From Thraustochytrium aureum (Eukaryota): DNA of 20,000 nt. Both the position numbers and the translations under genes were made by a program. The stretch spans positions 271,075 to 291,074 of the forward strand of contig BLSG01000314.1 of assembly GCA_012862495.1 (NCBI GenBank). Direction: 5' to 3'. This document shows, piece after piece, positions 8,580 to 17,372 of the stretch (position 1 is the first letter of the stretch; the number at the start of each line of letters is the position of its first letter). Under the pieces are notes generated by a model. The model was given only the letters and a program-made list of their open reading frames with translations, ran no database searches and had not been told where the DNA came from.

Positions 8580-10763
8580 ATGGACGCGGCGACGGCCACG
8601 CCCGCTGGCGCAAACGCTCGCGAGGATGCAGAAAAGCTGAAAATGATGATAAAAGAGCGGATCGCAGCCCTGGGCGACCGTGTTGCAACGGGCCTCGGCT
8701 CCAGCGACGAAATCCAGGAGCAGCTCGAGGAGGAGAAGAGCAAGTTGCGCCAAGTCTACGCCAAGCTCGAAGGCTGGAGCGATGGGTTTCGTGCGAATGT
8801 CGGAGAGGACCGCGAGCTGCAAGAGCAAGCGTCTGCGATATTCGCCGAGACCCGCGGTCTCCTCGACGACCTCGCCGGCCACCCGGGCGCCGTCGCGCTC
8901 GTGAAGCGAGCGAGGTCGTTCCTGGAGAATGAGCAGGACTCTGCGCAGCTCATGAGCAAGCTGGAAGCGAGACTAGAGGCAAACCGCGACGTGCTGGGCG
9001 GGCTCCTCAGCAAGGCGCCGGGCCTGATCGAAAAGCTAAACCAAGGCGTGGCAAACGTCAACCAGAAGGACGGGCAGCAGCTCACGCTTCAAGACTGGCT
9101 CAAACGGGTCCAAGAAGCAAGCGGTGGCGTCATCAGCGTCAAAGGCGACAAGGTCCTCGTCAACGGCGAGGAGGACGCCCAACTGAAGGACCTTCTCCAG
9201 CACAAGGCGGATGAAGTGCTCCTCCCACTGGTGAAAACCAAGGCAGGGATGGTCGCAGAAAAGCTTCGCACGATTCGATCCGAGGGCCAGGGATTAGAAC
9301 TATTCTCGCGCGGCATCGAGATGCTCGCAGAAAAAGAGCGGCAAGGCGCCCTCAAGCTTGACCCAAACCTCTCTGCGGACGACATGCTGGACTGGGGCGA
9401 GCGGCTCGTTCGCGACGCAGAAGCGCGCAGCCGCCTTGTTGACAAGGTCAAGGACACGGTCCTGGACTTTCTCATCTCCTACCTCCCCAACGTGGCCATT
9501 CCACCGATTNNNNNNNNNNNNNNNNNNNNNNNNNNNNNNNNNNNNNNNNNNNNNNNNNNNNNNNNNNNNNNNNNNNNNNNNNNNNNNNNNNNNNNNNNNN
9601 NNNNNNNNNNNNNNNNNNNNNNNNNNNNNNNNNNNNNNNNNNNNNNNNNNNNNNNNNNNNNNNNNNNNNNNNNNNNNNNNNNNNNNNNNNNNNNNNNNNN
9701 NNNNNNNNNNNNNNNNNNNNNNNNNNNNNNNNNNNNNNNNNNNNNNNNNNNNNNNNNNNNNNNNNNNNNNNNNNNNNNNNNNNNNNNNNNNNNNNNNNNN
9801 NNNNNNNNNNNNNNNNNNNNNNNNNNNNNNNNNNNNNNNNNNNNNNNNNNNNNNNNNNNNNNNNNNNNNNNNNNNNNNNNNNNNNNNNNNNNNNNNNNNN
9901 NNNNNNNNNNNNNNNNNNNNNNNNNNNNNNNNNNNNNNNNNNNNNNNNNNNNNNNNNNNNNNNNNNNNNNNNNNNNNNNNNNNNNNNNNNNNNNNNNNNN
10001 NNNNNNNNNNNNNNNNNNNNNNNNNNNNNNNNNNNNNNNNNNNNNNNNNNNNNNNNNNNNNNNNNNNNNNNNNNNNNNNNNNNNNNNNNNNNNNNNNNNN
10101 NNNNNNNNNNNNNNNNNNNNNNNNNNNNNNNNNNNNNNNNNNNNNNNNNNNNNNNNNNNNNNNNNNNNNNNNNNNNNNNNNNNNNNNNNNNNNNNNNNNN
10201 NNNNNNNNNNNNNNNNNNNNNNNNNNNNNNNNNNNNNNNNNNNNNNNNNNNNNNNNNNNNNNNNNNNNNNNNNNNNNNNNNNNNNNNNNNNNNNNNNNNN
10301 NNNNNNNNNNNNNNNNNNNNNNNNNNNNNNNNNNNNNNNNNNNNNNNNNNNNNNNNNNNNNNNNNNNNNNNNNNNNNNNNNNNNNNNNNNNNNNNNNNNN
10401 NNNNNNNNNNNNNNNNNNNNNNNNNNNNNNNNNNNNNNNNNNNNNNNNNNNNNNNNNNNNNNNNNNNNNNNNNNNNNNNNNNNNNNNNNNNNNNNNNNNN
10501 NNNNCATGGTCATGTTTCGCTCCCCTGAAAACAACGTTGCGTTCAAGGCGTTCAAGGCGTTCCCTGGCCCTGCAAAAGCGAGCGGCAAGGTCAGGGTGGG
10601 CAACGTTTTAGTCTCCATCAACGGGGAGGCGCCGCCTTTGTCGGAGGACGACGTGCACGCCCTGCTTGGCAGCGCTCCTGTCCCTCTTGTCCTCGTCGTG
10701 CGCGACATGGACATTTTCGAGACCGCTGTTGGCGCAGTGGTGCCTCTGTGCGATCGCCCGTAG
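8580..10763 (+). CDS. Uncharacterised protein: helical/coiled-coil N-terminus, unsequenced middle, C-terminal PDZ domain
   Basis: 310 open codons before the gap. After the gap, in the same frame, GPAKASGKVRVGNVLVSINGE...EDDVHALLGSAPVPLVLVVRD matches the PDZ C-terminal consensus (gpA..aG.l..GD.i..iNG......v..ll......v.l.v.R). Joining across the 995-N gap is assumed. Confidence 0.8.
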   Translation: MDAATATPAGANAREDAEKLKMMIKERIAALGDRVATGLGSSDEIQEQLEEEKSKLRQVYAKLEGWSDGFRANVGEDRELQEQASAIFAETRGLLDDLAGHPGAVALVKRARSFLENEQDSAQLMSKLEARLEANRDVLGGLLSKAPGLIEKLNQGVANVNQKDGQQLTLQDWLKRVQEASGGVISVKGDKVLVNGEEDAQLKDLLQHKADEVLLPLVKTKAGMVAEKLRTIRSEGQGLELFSRGIEMLAEKERQGALKLDPNLSADDMLDWGERLVRDAEARSRLVDKVKDTVLDFLISYLPNVAIPPIXXXXXXXXXXXXXXXXXXXXXXXXXXXXXXXXXXXXXXXXXXXXXXXXXXXXXXXXXXXXXXXXXXXXXXXXXXXXXXXXXXXXXXXXXXXXXXXXXXXXXXXXXXXXXXXXXXXXXXXXXXXXXXXXXXXXXXXXXXXXXXXXXXXXXXXXXXXXXXXXXXXXXXXXXXXXXXXXXXXXXXXXXXXXXXXXXXXXXXXXXXXXXXXXXXXXXXXXXXXXXXXXXXXXXXXXXXXXXXXXXXXXXXXXXXXXXXXXXXXXXXXXXXXXXXXXXXXXXXXXXXXXXXXXXXXXXXXXXXXXXXXXXXXXXXXXXXXXXXXXXXXXXXXXXXXXMVMFRSPENNVAFKAFKAFPGPAKASGKVRVGNVLVSINGEAPPLSEDDVHALLGSAPVPLVLVVRDMDIFETAVGAVVPLCDRP

Positions 10764-11137
10764 TGCACCAAAGTTGCGGCGGGGGAAGAGGAGCGGTGCT
10801 AAACTCGCCATTGCTCGCACCGTTCGCCGCGCGTTGCGCGTTGGATATTGACCAGCATGTGACAAGCTAGCTGGCTGAGGCCAACCTGCGACACTGCTCG
10901 TTTGTTCGAGGCGCCTCGTCCAGCTGGAGATTGAAAGCAAAGCATAGGCCTATAACATTGTATCACACTCTCCAACGAAAGAAAGGAAAGAAAAACGAGG
11001 GCACCTCCGCCCAGCGACGCAGGCTTGCACGCGGCTGAACAAGGCAGTGCCCGAAAGCATCGCGCTCGATCGGGGTGGGCCGCCTCACGGATGTAGCGTT
11101 CTTGCAAGTTTGCCTCTCCTGAGATCAAACCTGACAG

Positions 11138-13804
11138 TTAGGCGGTGGAAGACCCGCGCTTGGCGAGCGCGCGCGCCAGCTCATTCGAGGCCCCGCCGGT
11201 GCCAGGCATTTGCTTCTGCTTGGCGAGAAGGTCGTCGATCTTCTGGGATTTTTGGGCGCGCTGCTTTGCCTTGAGCTGGCAAAGCTCCGCGAGCGAGTTC
11301 CCTATGGGCGACACTGGCAGGCCAGCAGCGCCGCGGGCTGCAGAGCCGGGCCCGCTAGGCTTTTGCCGAGGAGAGGCCGTATCGGTGTCAGTCTGCACGC
11401 GGGGAGACGGCGCCGCAGGCGTTCCAACCTTGCGAAGCTTGGCGCCGGCTGTGATTTCCCCTAGCAGTCCGCCAAATGAGGGGCGGCCGGCTGGAGGCGA
11501 CATCGTCGAAGTACTCTCTTGAGCAACACCAGCGGCCTCTGAAACCACACTTGGAACGGCTGACACATCCGCAGAGCTCGAAATGCTTTGCAGCGCCTCC
11601 AGCGCGGCGCACTGACGTTTGGCCTCGTCGAGCTCGCGCCTTGTTGACGCGAGCTGGGCCTGCAACTCAGCCACCTTGGCTTCAAGTCCAGATGGGTCTG
11701 CACTGCGGGCAGCAGGGCTCTGCGGCGGCGTGCGAGCCGCGCCATCAAGACGGGCCCGTAGAGCATCGCGATCAGCATTTGCCGCCGCGAGCTCGCTCTG
11801 AAGCTTTTTGGTTGCGTCCTCGGCGTACAGCAGCCGGCGCTGCACGTTTTCAAGCTGGGATGCCGCCCTGGCCTCTGATGCAGACAACTCTGCGCTTGCC
11901 GCATCGAGCTGTGCTTTGAGGATTGACGCAGGGTCGCTGCTCGCCGCCTCGCCGCCAGCCGTTGGCGTGACGAGGCCCAGCGTTTTGGCGCTCGCCTCCA
12001 AGAACGCTTTTTCCTTGGCGGCGAGATCAAGCGCTTCCTTGAGCTGGCCTTGAAGCGTCTCGTTGCGCTTGCGCTCTTCCTGCAGCGCTTTGCTAGCCGC
12101 GGTCGCGTCGCTGTCCTTGGCGAGTGTGGCATCCTCACGCAGCCGGCTCACCTTGGACCACGCATCTGCTAGCTCTGCTTCGCGCTCCGTGAGTGCGCCG
12201 ACGGTTCCGACCATCTTTTCGGTGAGCTCGGCGAGCTTTGTTTGGGCCTCTTCGCAGTCGCGCAAGGCCATGTCGCGCTCACTCCGGAGGTCGATTAGCT
12301 GCTCAGCGGCCGAGCCGCCCTTGAAGATGAGGTCCTCGACCTGGGCTTCAAGCGCCTCCTTGTCCCGGTCAGCGGCATCGAGGGCCCTTTTCGTAGCGGC
12401 CAGCTGTTCTTCCATCGCGGCGGCCTTGCCGTCCGCCTGCTTGGCGCGGGTCTCGGCTGCGGCGAGTGCGCTCTGCGTCTCGTTCGCGGCGGCCTGCGCT
12501 TCGCGCAGCTGGTTCTCGGTGGCCGCTAGCTTGGTGGTTGCTTCGGCGAGGCGCGCACTAGTTTTGTCGCCGCCATCCTCCAGCTTGCGCGCGCTGCTTG
12601 CCTGGGCCTGCTCGAGCACGGCGATCTGCGCCCGCAAAGAGNNNNNNNNNNNNNNNNNNNNNNNNNNNNNNNNNNNNNNNNNNNNNNNNNNNNNNNNNNN
12701 NNNNNNNNNNNNNNNNNNNNNNNNNNNNNNNNNNNNNNNNNNNNNNNNNNNNNNNNNNNNNNNNNNNNNNNNNNNNNNNNNNNNNNNNNNNNNNNNNNNN
12801 NNNNNNNNNNNNNNNNNNNNNNNNNNNNNNNNNNNNNNNNNNNNNNNNNNNNNNNNNNNNNNNNNNNNNNNNNNNNNNNNNNNNNNNNNNNNNNNNNNNN
12901 NNNNNNNNNNNNNNNNNNNNNNNNNNNNNNNNNNNNNNCGAAGCGCGCTGTTCGCCAGCTGGACGTCGCGCTGCAGGTCGTGCACTTTGGCTCGGAGTCC
13001 TTCTAGTTCTTTCGTCGTAGCTCGGCTCGTGGTCGCAGCGGCAGCAGAGGACTCGCCTTTGCGCAATGCGTTCGCTACCGCACTTGCTGGGGTCGTGGCG
13101 GGCACGGGGGGGCGCTGCCCGCGAGCAAAGGCAGCGAACTTTGCTGCCGGTAGCCCGCCACTGGTCGGTGCGGCAGTTGCGGGCGTCTTTGGCTGCGACC
13201 CAAGCGACCCTCCCGAAGCTGACGACTTGCCCGAACCCAAGCCGCCAGCTGTGCCGGGCGGGCAAGCTTGGGAGCCCAGCGCATGGGCGCCTTTTCCGGA
13301 GCCAGGGGGGCTCGGCGTCTCGAAAACGTCGGCCCCGACAGGCTCGCTCGACCCGTCGCTCTTGCACCAGATTGTCGTCCCGTCCGGATTGCGCTGGTAT
13401 CGCTCGCCTTTCTGATCCACGCGGATCTCAGTCCCGTCGGGGAAGGTTTGGAGTCGCGATCCGTCCGCGTAAATTCGAATGATGACGCCGTTCGGAGATG
13501 TCTGCGTGCGACTTCCGTCTTTGTGCACTTGAAGCTTGGTCCCATCCGCGTTGGTCTGGACAGTGGTGCCGTCAGGGAAGATGTCGATCACCGTCGAGTC
13601 CACGTTGGTCTGCGTCCGGCTGCCGTCGGGCCTCGACTCGATCGTTATCCCGCTAGGCAAGTAAGTCTTTTTCGTGCCCCCTGGCAGCATCTCAATAACT
13701 GTGCCGTCCTTCGCGCGCTGCACCTTGAGCCCATCCTTGTACACCGAGATGGTCGCGCCGTCGGAAAGCGTCACGACCTGCACAGGCTCGCCGCGAGAGC
13801 CCAT
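11138..13804 (-). CDS. TCP10/CENPJ G-box-like beta-repeat protein with long coiled coil and C-terminal WH2 actin-binding motif
   Basis: ATG 13804 (MGSRGEP). About 16 repeats of 9-aa period ending in [PAK][DN]G (e.g. IFPDGTTVQTNADGTKLQVHKDGSRTQTSPNG), then a Pro/Gly/Ser linker, an Ala/Glu-rich heptad coiled coil continuing in frame across the gap, and GGLLGEITAGAKLRKV (WH2 helix + LRKV). Confidence 0.85.
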   Translation of the reverse strand: MGSRGEPVQVVTLSDGATISVYKDGLKVQRAKDGTVIEMLPGGTKKTYLPSGITIESRPDGSRTQTNVDSTVIDIFPDGTTVQTNADGTKLQVHKDGSRTQTSPNGVIIRIYADGSRLQTFPDGTEIRVDQKGERYQRNPDGTTIWCKSDGSSEPVGADVFETPSPPGSGKGAHALGSQACPPGTAGGLGSGKSSASGGSLGSQPKTPATAAPTSGGLPAAKFAAFARGQRPPVPATTPASAVANALRKGESSAAAATTSRATTKELEGLRAKVHDLQRDVQLANSALXXXXXXXXXXXXXXXXXXXXXXXXXXXXXXXXXXXXXXXXXXXXXXXXXXXXXXXXXXXXXXXXXXXXXXXXXXXXXXXXXXXXXXXXXXXXXXXXXXXXSLRAQIAVLEQAQASSARKLEDGGDKTSARLAEATTKLAATENQLREAQAAANETQSALAAAETRAKQADGKAAAMEEQLAATKRALDAADRDKEALEAQVEDLIFKGGSAAEQLIDLRSERDMALRDCEEAQTKLAELTEKMVGTVGALTEREAELADAWSKVSRLREDATLAKDSDATAASKALQEERKRNETLQGQLKEALDLAAKEKAFLEASAKTLGLVTPTAGGEAASSDPASILKAQLDAASAELSASEARAASQLENVQRRLLYAEDATKKLQSELAAANADRDALRARLDGAARTPPQSPAARSADPSGLEAKVAELQAQLASTRRELDEAKRQCAALEALQSISSSADVSAVPSVVSEAAGVAQESTSTMSPPAGRPSFGGLLGEITAGAKLRKVGTPAAPSPRVQTDTDTASPRQKPSGPGSAARGAAGLPVSPIGNSLAELCQLKAKQRAQKSQKIDDLLAKQKQMPGTGGASNELARALAKRGSSTA

Positions 13805-13992
13805 CGCGAAAGCAGTAAAATCCCTGGGCGACAGGGCGCCCCAGCCGACGTCCTTGCACGCACGCCAGCGCAACGCAAGGCGAGAGCAGCCAACAAGGCG
13901 TTCGAGTCTGCCGGCGTGGCAGCGATAACGGCGGAATGTCTGCTGAACCCACAGCCGAGATGCTCTCAAAGGCGCCGAGCAGCAGCACGACC

Positions 13993-13994
<2 letters not shown>

Positions 13995-14027
<33 letters not shown>
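13995..14027. repeat. (CAG)11 microsatellite (CTG on the sense strand), upstream of the G-box/WH2 gene
   Basis: Directly visible run. Confidence 0.95.
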
Positions 14028-14028
<1 letters not shown>

Positions 14029-14367
14029 GCCGGCGGCGCCTCCGCCGTCGAAGAAGGCTTTGCCGCGAGCGCGTATCGATGGAAGCCTCGAGGTCGCACT
14101 CTGGCGCACTGCCCGTCAACCAAGCAAGGTTGTGCGATCCGATTTGCTCGACGCGACCAGCAGAGCAGCACGCAAGGCGGCCCGCCGGAAGAGCGCGCGA
14201 GAGAGAGGGAGGGCGTCAGAGACAGAAAGGGAGGCGTGCCGCAGGGGAGCCGCCAGAGCTGCAGCGTTGGATGGCGGCGCGCTCGGGCTGGCAAGGGGTG
14301 TGGGGGAGGGAGACTCGATGGGCACCTTACCCTCTATTGTAAAACTAATAGTCATAAAAAGGTTTGG

Positions 14368-14375
14368 TATTTATA
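14368..14375 (-). promoter_or_regulatory. Possible TATA box (TATAAATA, minus strand)
   Basis: Lies in a short AT-rich island (about 14335-14380) about 570 nt upstream of ATG 13804. It could instead be a 3'-end signal of the upstream minus-strand gene. Confidence 0.3.
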
Positions 14376-14679
14376 ATAGAGGGTCTCAGATCCGCCATCC
14401 TGGGGTGGATGGCGCTTTGGGACACAATGCGGCAACTTGAAGGCGGAGGTTGGTTTCTCGCGCTGGAGGACGAGCAGGCGGCGCTATCACGGCGGCGCTG
14501 GCAGCGAGGTGAGTAAGAAGTGTTCTATGTCTACCGCGAGAGAACGGCGCGCTTTTCGACGACGATTTGTTGAAGGCTAAGGCTCCGGCCCGAGCGCAGG
14601 GTGCCGCTCGGAAAAGAAAGTGCTCGTGATTGCTTGTAAATGGTGCGGCAACTTGAAGAGACAGACACGCCGAATAGCT

Positions 14680-15768
14680 CTAGCCCCATGCGCCGCCCAC
14701 CTTTGCCCCGATCGCCAGAGGAACGAATATCTTTGTGCTTGGCCCATGGCCTCGCCACGGATTCGCGGCGGGAACAGGCGGTGACAAGGCGCCTTGTCGG
14801 CCGTGCAAATGACACCTGCCAGGCGAGCAAAAGAAATCCTCGACCTCAGCCTTTTCCTCTTCGCACATTTGTTCGGGTGCATCGCGAGCCTGAATCCCAG
14901 CTCGTGCGTGATCGCCGTTGTTGCTCGCCCACTCGTTCACGGTCAGCGCCTCATCGTAACCAGTGCATGCTGACGCAGGAGTCGAATTTGGGGATCCATC
15001 GAACCGTTCGGCCTCATACGGTTCTATTGGCTCAAGTGGTGGCGTCGAGGGCGCTGCAGTGGCGATGCCTGAAAAGCTGCGCTGAAGGCCTCGCTTTGCG
15101 CTTTCGATGCGCTGCCAGTGTCGCGGTGAGCCAACCTGAAAAGCTCCGTTTCTTCCGTCCCAGGACGCTTCGCGGCGGAGCGACTCGTTCTCTTGAGCCA
15201 TCGCGGACATGAGCTCCTCGAGGTGGGTCACACGACGCTCTGCGTCGCGCCGCGCTTCCAAGGCCGCGTCCCGCGCATGCAGCGCCTCGCGGCGCTCCTG
15301 CCGGAGCTTTTCGGTCAGTTGCTCAAAACCGCCCAGCTTGTCAGCAAGGACCTCCTTTTCGCTTTGAAGTTGCTCGATACGGTCCGTCTTGGCTTGGAGG
15401 CAGAGCTCAAACTCGAGCGCTCTGGTGGAGTCACCCTGCACGGTGCGCATCTGCTGCTCAAGCTCTTGCGTCCGTCGTCGCTGCCGCCGCAATTGGTACT
15501 CGACCTCGGCAGCTTGCTGCGCCTGACGCCCCAGTATCAGCGCCTGGCCGTCGTTGAGCTTGCGGAGCGCCTCTAGTTTTTTCGCCTCGTGGGATTTGGC
15601 GGCACAGGCAATGCGCTGCTTCGCCTGTCCCACCGCCCGAGCTGCGTGAAGCTGGGTTTGCAAAGCGGCGACCTCGCGCCTAGCCTCTGCAAGAGCGCTC
15701 TGAAGCTCGTGCTCCCTTTGAAGCCATGGGTTGATTGTCGAGTTGCACAACACCGGAATCCTCGACAT
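14680..15768 (-). CDS. Hypothetical coiled-coil protein
   Basis: 362-aa ATG-started ORF. Residues about 15-200 are E/Q/R/L/A-rich heptads, followed by a low-complexity tail. The exact C-terminus is uncertain. Confidence 0.75.
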   Translation of the reverse strand: MSRIPVLCNSTINPWLQREHELQSALAEARREVAALQTQLHAARAVGQAKQRIACAAKSHEAKKLEALRKLNDGQALILGRQAQQAAEVEYQLRRQRRRTQELEQQMRTVQGDSTRALEFELCLQAKTDRIEQLQSEKEVLADKLGGFEQLTEKLRQERREALHARDAALEARRDAERRVTHLEELMSAMAQENESLRREASWDGRNGAFQVGSPRHWQRIESAKRGLQRSFSGIATAAPSTPPLEPIEPYEAERFDGSPNSTPASACTGYDEALTVNEWASNNGDHARAGIQARDAPEQMCEEEKAEVEDFFCSPGRCHLHGRQGALSPPVPAANPWRGHGPSTKIFVPLAIGAKVGGAWG

Positions 15769-16282
15769 CTCTCGCCCAAGGCCCGGCCGCCCCGCCCCGC
15801 CCTCGACCCAAACCCAACCAGCGCCGTGGGCGCTGTCGACTTAACTTCACCCTCGTCTTCTCGCGTCTCACTCTCGTCTTCTCGCGTCAAGCCAATCCTG
15901 CGAGCGGCGACTTGCCAGAGCAGGCGACCTGTCCTGTCAGCGGCGAGTTGTCGTCAACGATTTGTCAGCGACGAGCGACGCGCGATCAGCGCACGGCCAG
16001 GATCCAGCACGCCCAAGGCCCGGCTAGCGCCGCGCCTCACCAGCCCCAATCGCGACTGCCCGGCATCGCGCTCGATCGCTCGTCAAACACGACAAGAACG
16101 AAAAAAAAAAAAAGAACTCTGTCGTTTCGCGTTCGTAACGGACCTATTCGCCCTCCAGAGAACAGCTCTTTGATCGTCGAGACGGACGGCAGACACAGAG
16201 CGTCGCGAGGCAGTCGCGGTACTGCGTCGAGGGGCCGCATCGGAGGAGGCGCGCGTCGGATCGTGGCGGACGAGCTGCCGGT

Positions 16283-16349
16283 TGCTGCTGGCTGCTGCTG
16301 TTGTTTTTGCTGCTGCTGCTGCTGTTGATTTTGCTGCTGCTGCTGCTGC
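16283..16349. repeat. Interrupted (CTG/TTG)n microsatellite immediately upstream of the bL35m start codon
   Basis: Directly visible TGC runs ending at GCTGCTGCA-ATG. Confidence 0.9.
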
Positions 16350-16350
16350 A

Positions 16351-16802
16351 ATGGCTTCGGTGATCGCTGCGGCGGCGCTTGCGCTCGTCAGGCGCACGTC
16401 GCCGATCTTGGCGCGCAGCGCGCCNNNNNNNNNNNNNNNNNNNNNNNNNNNNNNNNNNNNNNNNNNNNNNNNNNNNNNNNNNNNNNNNNNNNNNNNNNNN
16501 NNNNNNNNNNNNNNNNNNNNNNNNNNNNNNNNNNNNNNNNNNNNNNNNNNNNNNNNNNNNNNNNNNNNNNNNNNNNNNNNNNNNNNNNNNNNNNNNNNNN
16601 CAACATGGGATCGGCAGTGAGCAAGCGGTTCAGGGCGACGGCGAGTGGGAGCTTTAAGTTTATGGGGGCTGGGCGGAAGCACTTTATGGCCAAGCACAGC
16701 AGGAAGCGCAACCACAGGAAGGGGGGCATTCTCTTGCTCACCAACAAGGACGCGGACCACAAGCGGATCAGGCTGTGCATGCATTCTTTGGGTAGCAAGT
16801 AA
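16351..16802 (+). CDS. MRPL35: Mitochondrial ribosomal protein bL35m precursor (interrupted by an N-gap)
   Basis: After the gap, NMGSAVSKRFRATASGSFKFMGAGRKHFMAKHSRKRNHRK matches the bL35 consensus (K..a.KRF+.T.sG.......G+.H...KK....R). Before the gap, MASVIAAAALALVRRTSPILARSA is an Ala/Arg/Ser-rich, acid-free mitochondrial presequence. The two parts are out of frame across the 176-N gap (intron or gap-size error). Confidence 0.8.
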
Positions 16803-16858
16803 ATGGTCGCTGCAGAGCGAACGTGGGCAGCAATTGAGTGGTCGCTCCGTTTGCGACG

Positions 16859-16926
16859 GTGAGTTAAAGGTGTTGCGCTTTCTTCTCTTCCCTTCTCTTC
16901 TCCTCTCTTCCCTCGGTTCCCGCCAG
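16859..16926 (+). other. Putative 68-nt intron in the 3' UTR of bL35m
   Basis: Consensus donor CG|GTGAGT, an approximately 35-nt pure pyrimidine tract and acceptor CCCGCCAG|. Confidence 0.55.
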
Positions 16927-17372
16927 CGACGCCAAGAAGGTACAACTGCATTTTGTTGACAGATCTACTCGATGTGATTGGCGTGTTGCTACGCCGCGCT
17001 GAGATCTCCCAAAGTTGAACGATGAGGCACTGGCAAAAAACCGCCTCGCTGCGCCACTGAGGCTGCGTGCTGGAGGGCATCCAGACCAGCCCCCATTGGA
17101 GGCCTGTGACGAATCATTCGACGAACGACACTGCCAAGAGACGTCCGTGATCTCGACGCTATTGGAGGTCGCGCCTCGCCTTGCGTTCTTGTGGAGCACC
17201 AAAAAACAAAGCAAGATTTACTTGAAAGAATGAAAAACAAAAATCAATCTGCGCTGTGGACAGGCAAGCGCGGCAGCCGCACCAATTGCAAATTAGCAGG
17301 CCTACAGCTCGGCCTTTGCTTCCTCCACATCACTCGAAACGCGCCACTGGCCCTGGTCGACAGTAACGATAT

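Noticed and set aside
13805..14119. Poly-Arg/poly-Cys N-terminal extension of the 993-aa ORF
   Set aside because: It is the translation of a CTG microsatellite from a non-ATG start; the first ATG is at 13804.
12063..14440. Long plus-strand ORFs (450 aa and 390 aa) antisense to the G-box/WH2 gene, and similar shadow ORFs opposite ABCG and the kinase
   Set aside because: Typical stop-poor antisense frames of GC-rich coding sequence.
14409..14517. Plus-strand mini-exon ATGGCGCTTTGG...GAG|GTGAGT
   Set aside because: Good donor, but no identifiable downstream exon. It would run antisense into the coiled-coil gene, and the peptide is unrecognisable.
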